Shown: in pieces, positions 63,290-64,000 of the stretch
Layout of the letters: each line of letters begins with the position of its first letter
Position numbering within the stretch: position 1 is the stretch's first letter
Assembly: GCA_965249355.1 (NCBI GenBank)
Contig: CBDFLW010000004.1
Location: forward strand, 446,653-510,652
Reading direction: 5' to 3'
DNA length: 64,000 nucleotides
DNA from: Dehalococcoidia bacterium
GTDB taxonomy: Bacteria > Chloroflexota > Dehalococcoidia > Lucifugimonadales > UBA3495
Position numbers and translations under genes: made by a program
Notes under the pieces: model-generated
The model's input: only the letters and a program-made list of their open reading frames with translations
Databases searched by the model: none
Told to the model about the DNA's origin: nothing

Positions 63290-64000
63290 TCAGCCGATGG
63301 CGCCCGATGATACCAGCCGGTCGTATTCCTCGTCAGGCACCTGAAGCAGCTCTTTCAGTACCCACCGGTTGTGCTGGCCGAACATGGGCGCGGGCCGCAG
63401 GTCGTCCACCCTGCGTCCGTCGGCGGCCCAAGGAAGGGAGAGGACCGGCCGTGTGCCCGCCACCGGGTGCTCCACGTCGGCCACGAATCCCCGTTCCACC
63501 AGGTGCGGATCGGCGAGCACCTCGGCGGAGTCAGACACCGGGGCAGCCGGAACGCCCGCAACCTGCAGGGATGCGACCACCTGTTCAACCTCCAACCCGG
63601 CTGTCCACTGCTCCAAGAGCGCCTCCAGGACATCCTGGTTTTCCAAGCGGGCCAAGGTGGTGGCGAACCGGGGGTCGTCAGCCCAACCGGGGTTCCCGGA
63701 AGCCCGCGACAGGGCGCGAAACTGCTCGTCCGTTTCCACGGACACCGCCACCCATTTCTCCTCGCCCAGGCACCGGAAAACGTTTCTGGGCGCATTCCGG
63801 CCGTCGCGGTTGCCAGCCTTCTCCTGTTCCCTGCCGGTTAGGGAGTATTCCATCACGGCCTCCGGAATCATGCCGGTCAGCGCCTCGGTCATGGAAACTT
63901 CGATGAACTGGCCCTCGCCGGTGCGCGAACGGTGATACAGCGCCTCCAGGACCGCCAGAACACCGTAGCAGCCGCTGAAGGCGTCTGGAATCAAGCCGCC
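63290..64000 (-). CDS. CoA transferase family III (CaiB/BaiF-like), C-terminal part; gene runs off the window end
   Basis: ...GQFIEVSMTEAL...NAPRNVFRCLGEEKWVAVSV...DPRFATTLARLENQDVLEALL...VPAAPV...DPHLVERGF... Confidence 0.8.
   Translation of the reverse strand, partial: GGLIPDAFSGCYGVLAVLEALYHRSRTGEGQFIEVSMTEALTGMIPEAVMEYSLTGREQEKAGNRDGRNAPRNVFRCLGEEKWVAVSVETDEQFRALSRASGNPGWADDPRFATTLARLENQDVLEALLEQWTAGLEVEQVVASLQVAGVPAAPVSDSAEVLADPHLVERGFVADVEHPVAGTRPVLSLPWAADGRRVDDLRPAPMFGQHNRWVLKELLQVPDEEYDRLVSSGAIG

Overview
High-GC (about 60%+ by eye) bacterial chromosomal segment. The gene content (many LLM/F420-type oxidoreductases, CaiB, RidA, DUF1501) and the REP-like repeat families suggest a Chloroflexota-type genome; that is inference only. 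From 1 to 41.8 kb the window is core metabolism, mostly on the minus strand: acyl-CoA carboxylase subunits, aroK, VOC proteins, five tandem EamA/DMT transporter paralogues, purQ, yqeY-like, purA, dapA-asd-dapB, pnp-rpsO, LLM oxidoreductases, DUF1501, a circularly permuted ATP-grasp/alpha-E pair, and a STAS / RR-PP2C / anti-sigma-type kinase / SBP / histidine kinase signalling cluster. This part holds two 1,724-bp copies of an ISKra4-like IS and at least two families of short REP-like hairpin repeats. From 41.9 to 55.5 kb a variable region bounded by tRNA-Arg and tRNA-Phe contains an intact IS5-family element, IS110-like, ISKra4-like and IS5 remnants, a decayed IS21 (frameshifted istA, intact istB), a broken radical-SAM/SPASM - WG-repeat::O-methyltransferase - histidine phosphatase cluster, a low-GC three-gene cassette of unknown function with a palindromic operator, a plant-type LRR lipoprotein bracketed by short repeats next to a serine-recombinase fragment, and a short tyrosine integrase beside the tRNA-Phe 3' end. 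From 56 to 64 kb there is a peptide-type ABC importer (SBP plus two permeases, no ATPase), an orphan near-consensus promoter with a roughly 300-nt structured leader, a triple-RidA fusion protein and a partial CaiB-type CoA transferase. There are four tRNAs, no rRNA and no CRISPR array. Several genes carry frameshifts, many in homopolymers, so assembly error cannot be separated from real decay using the sequence alone.
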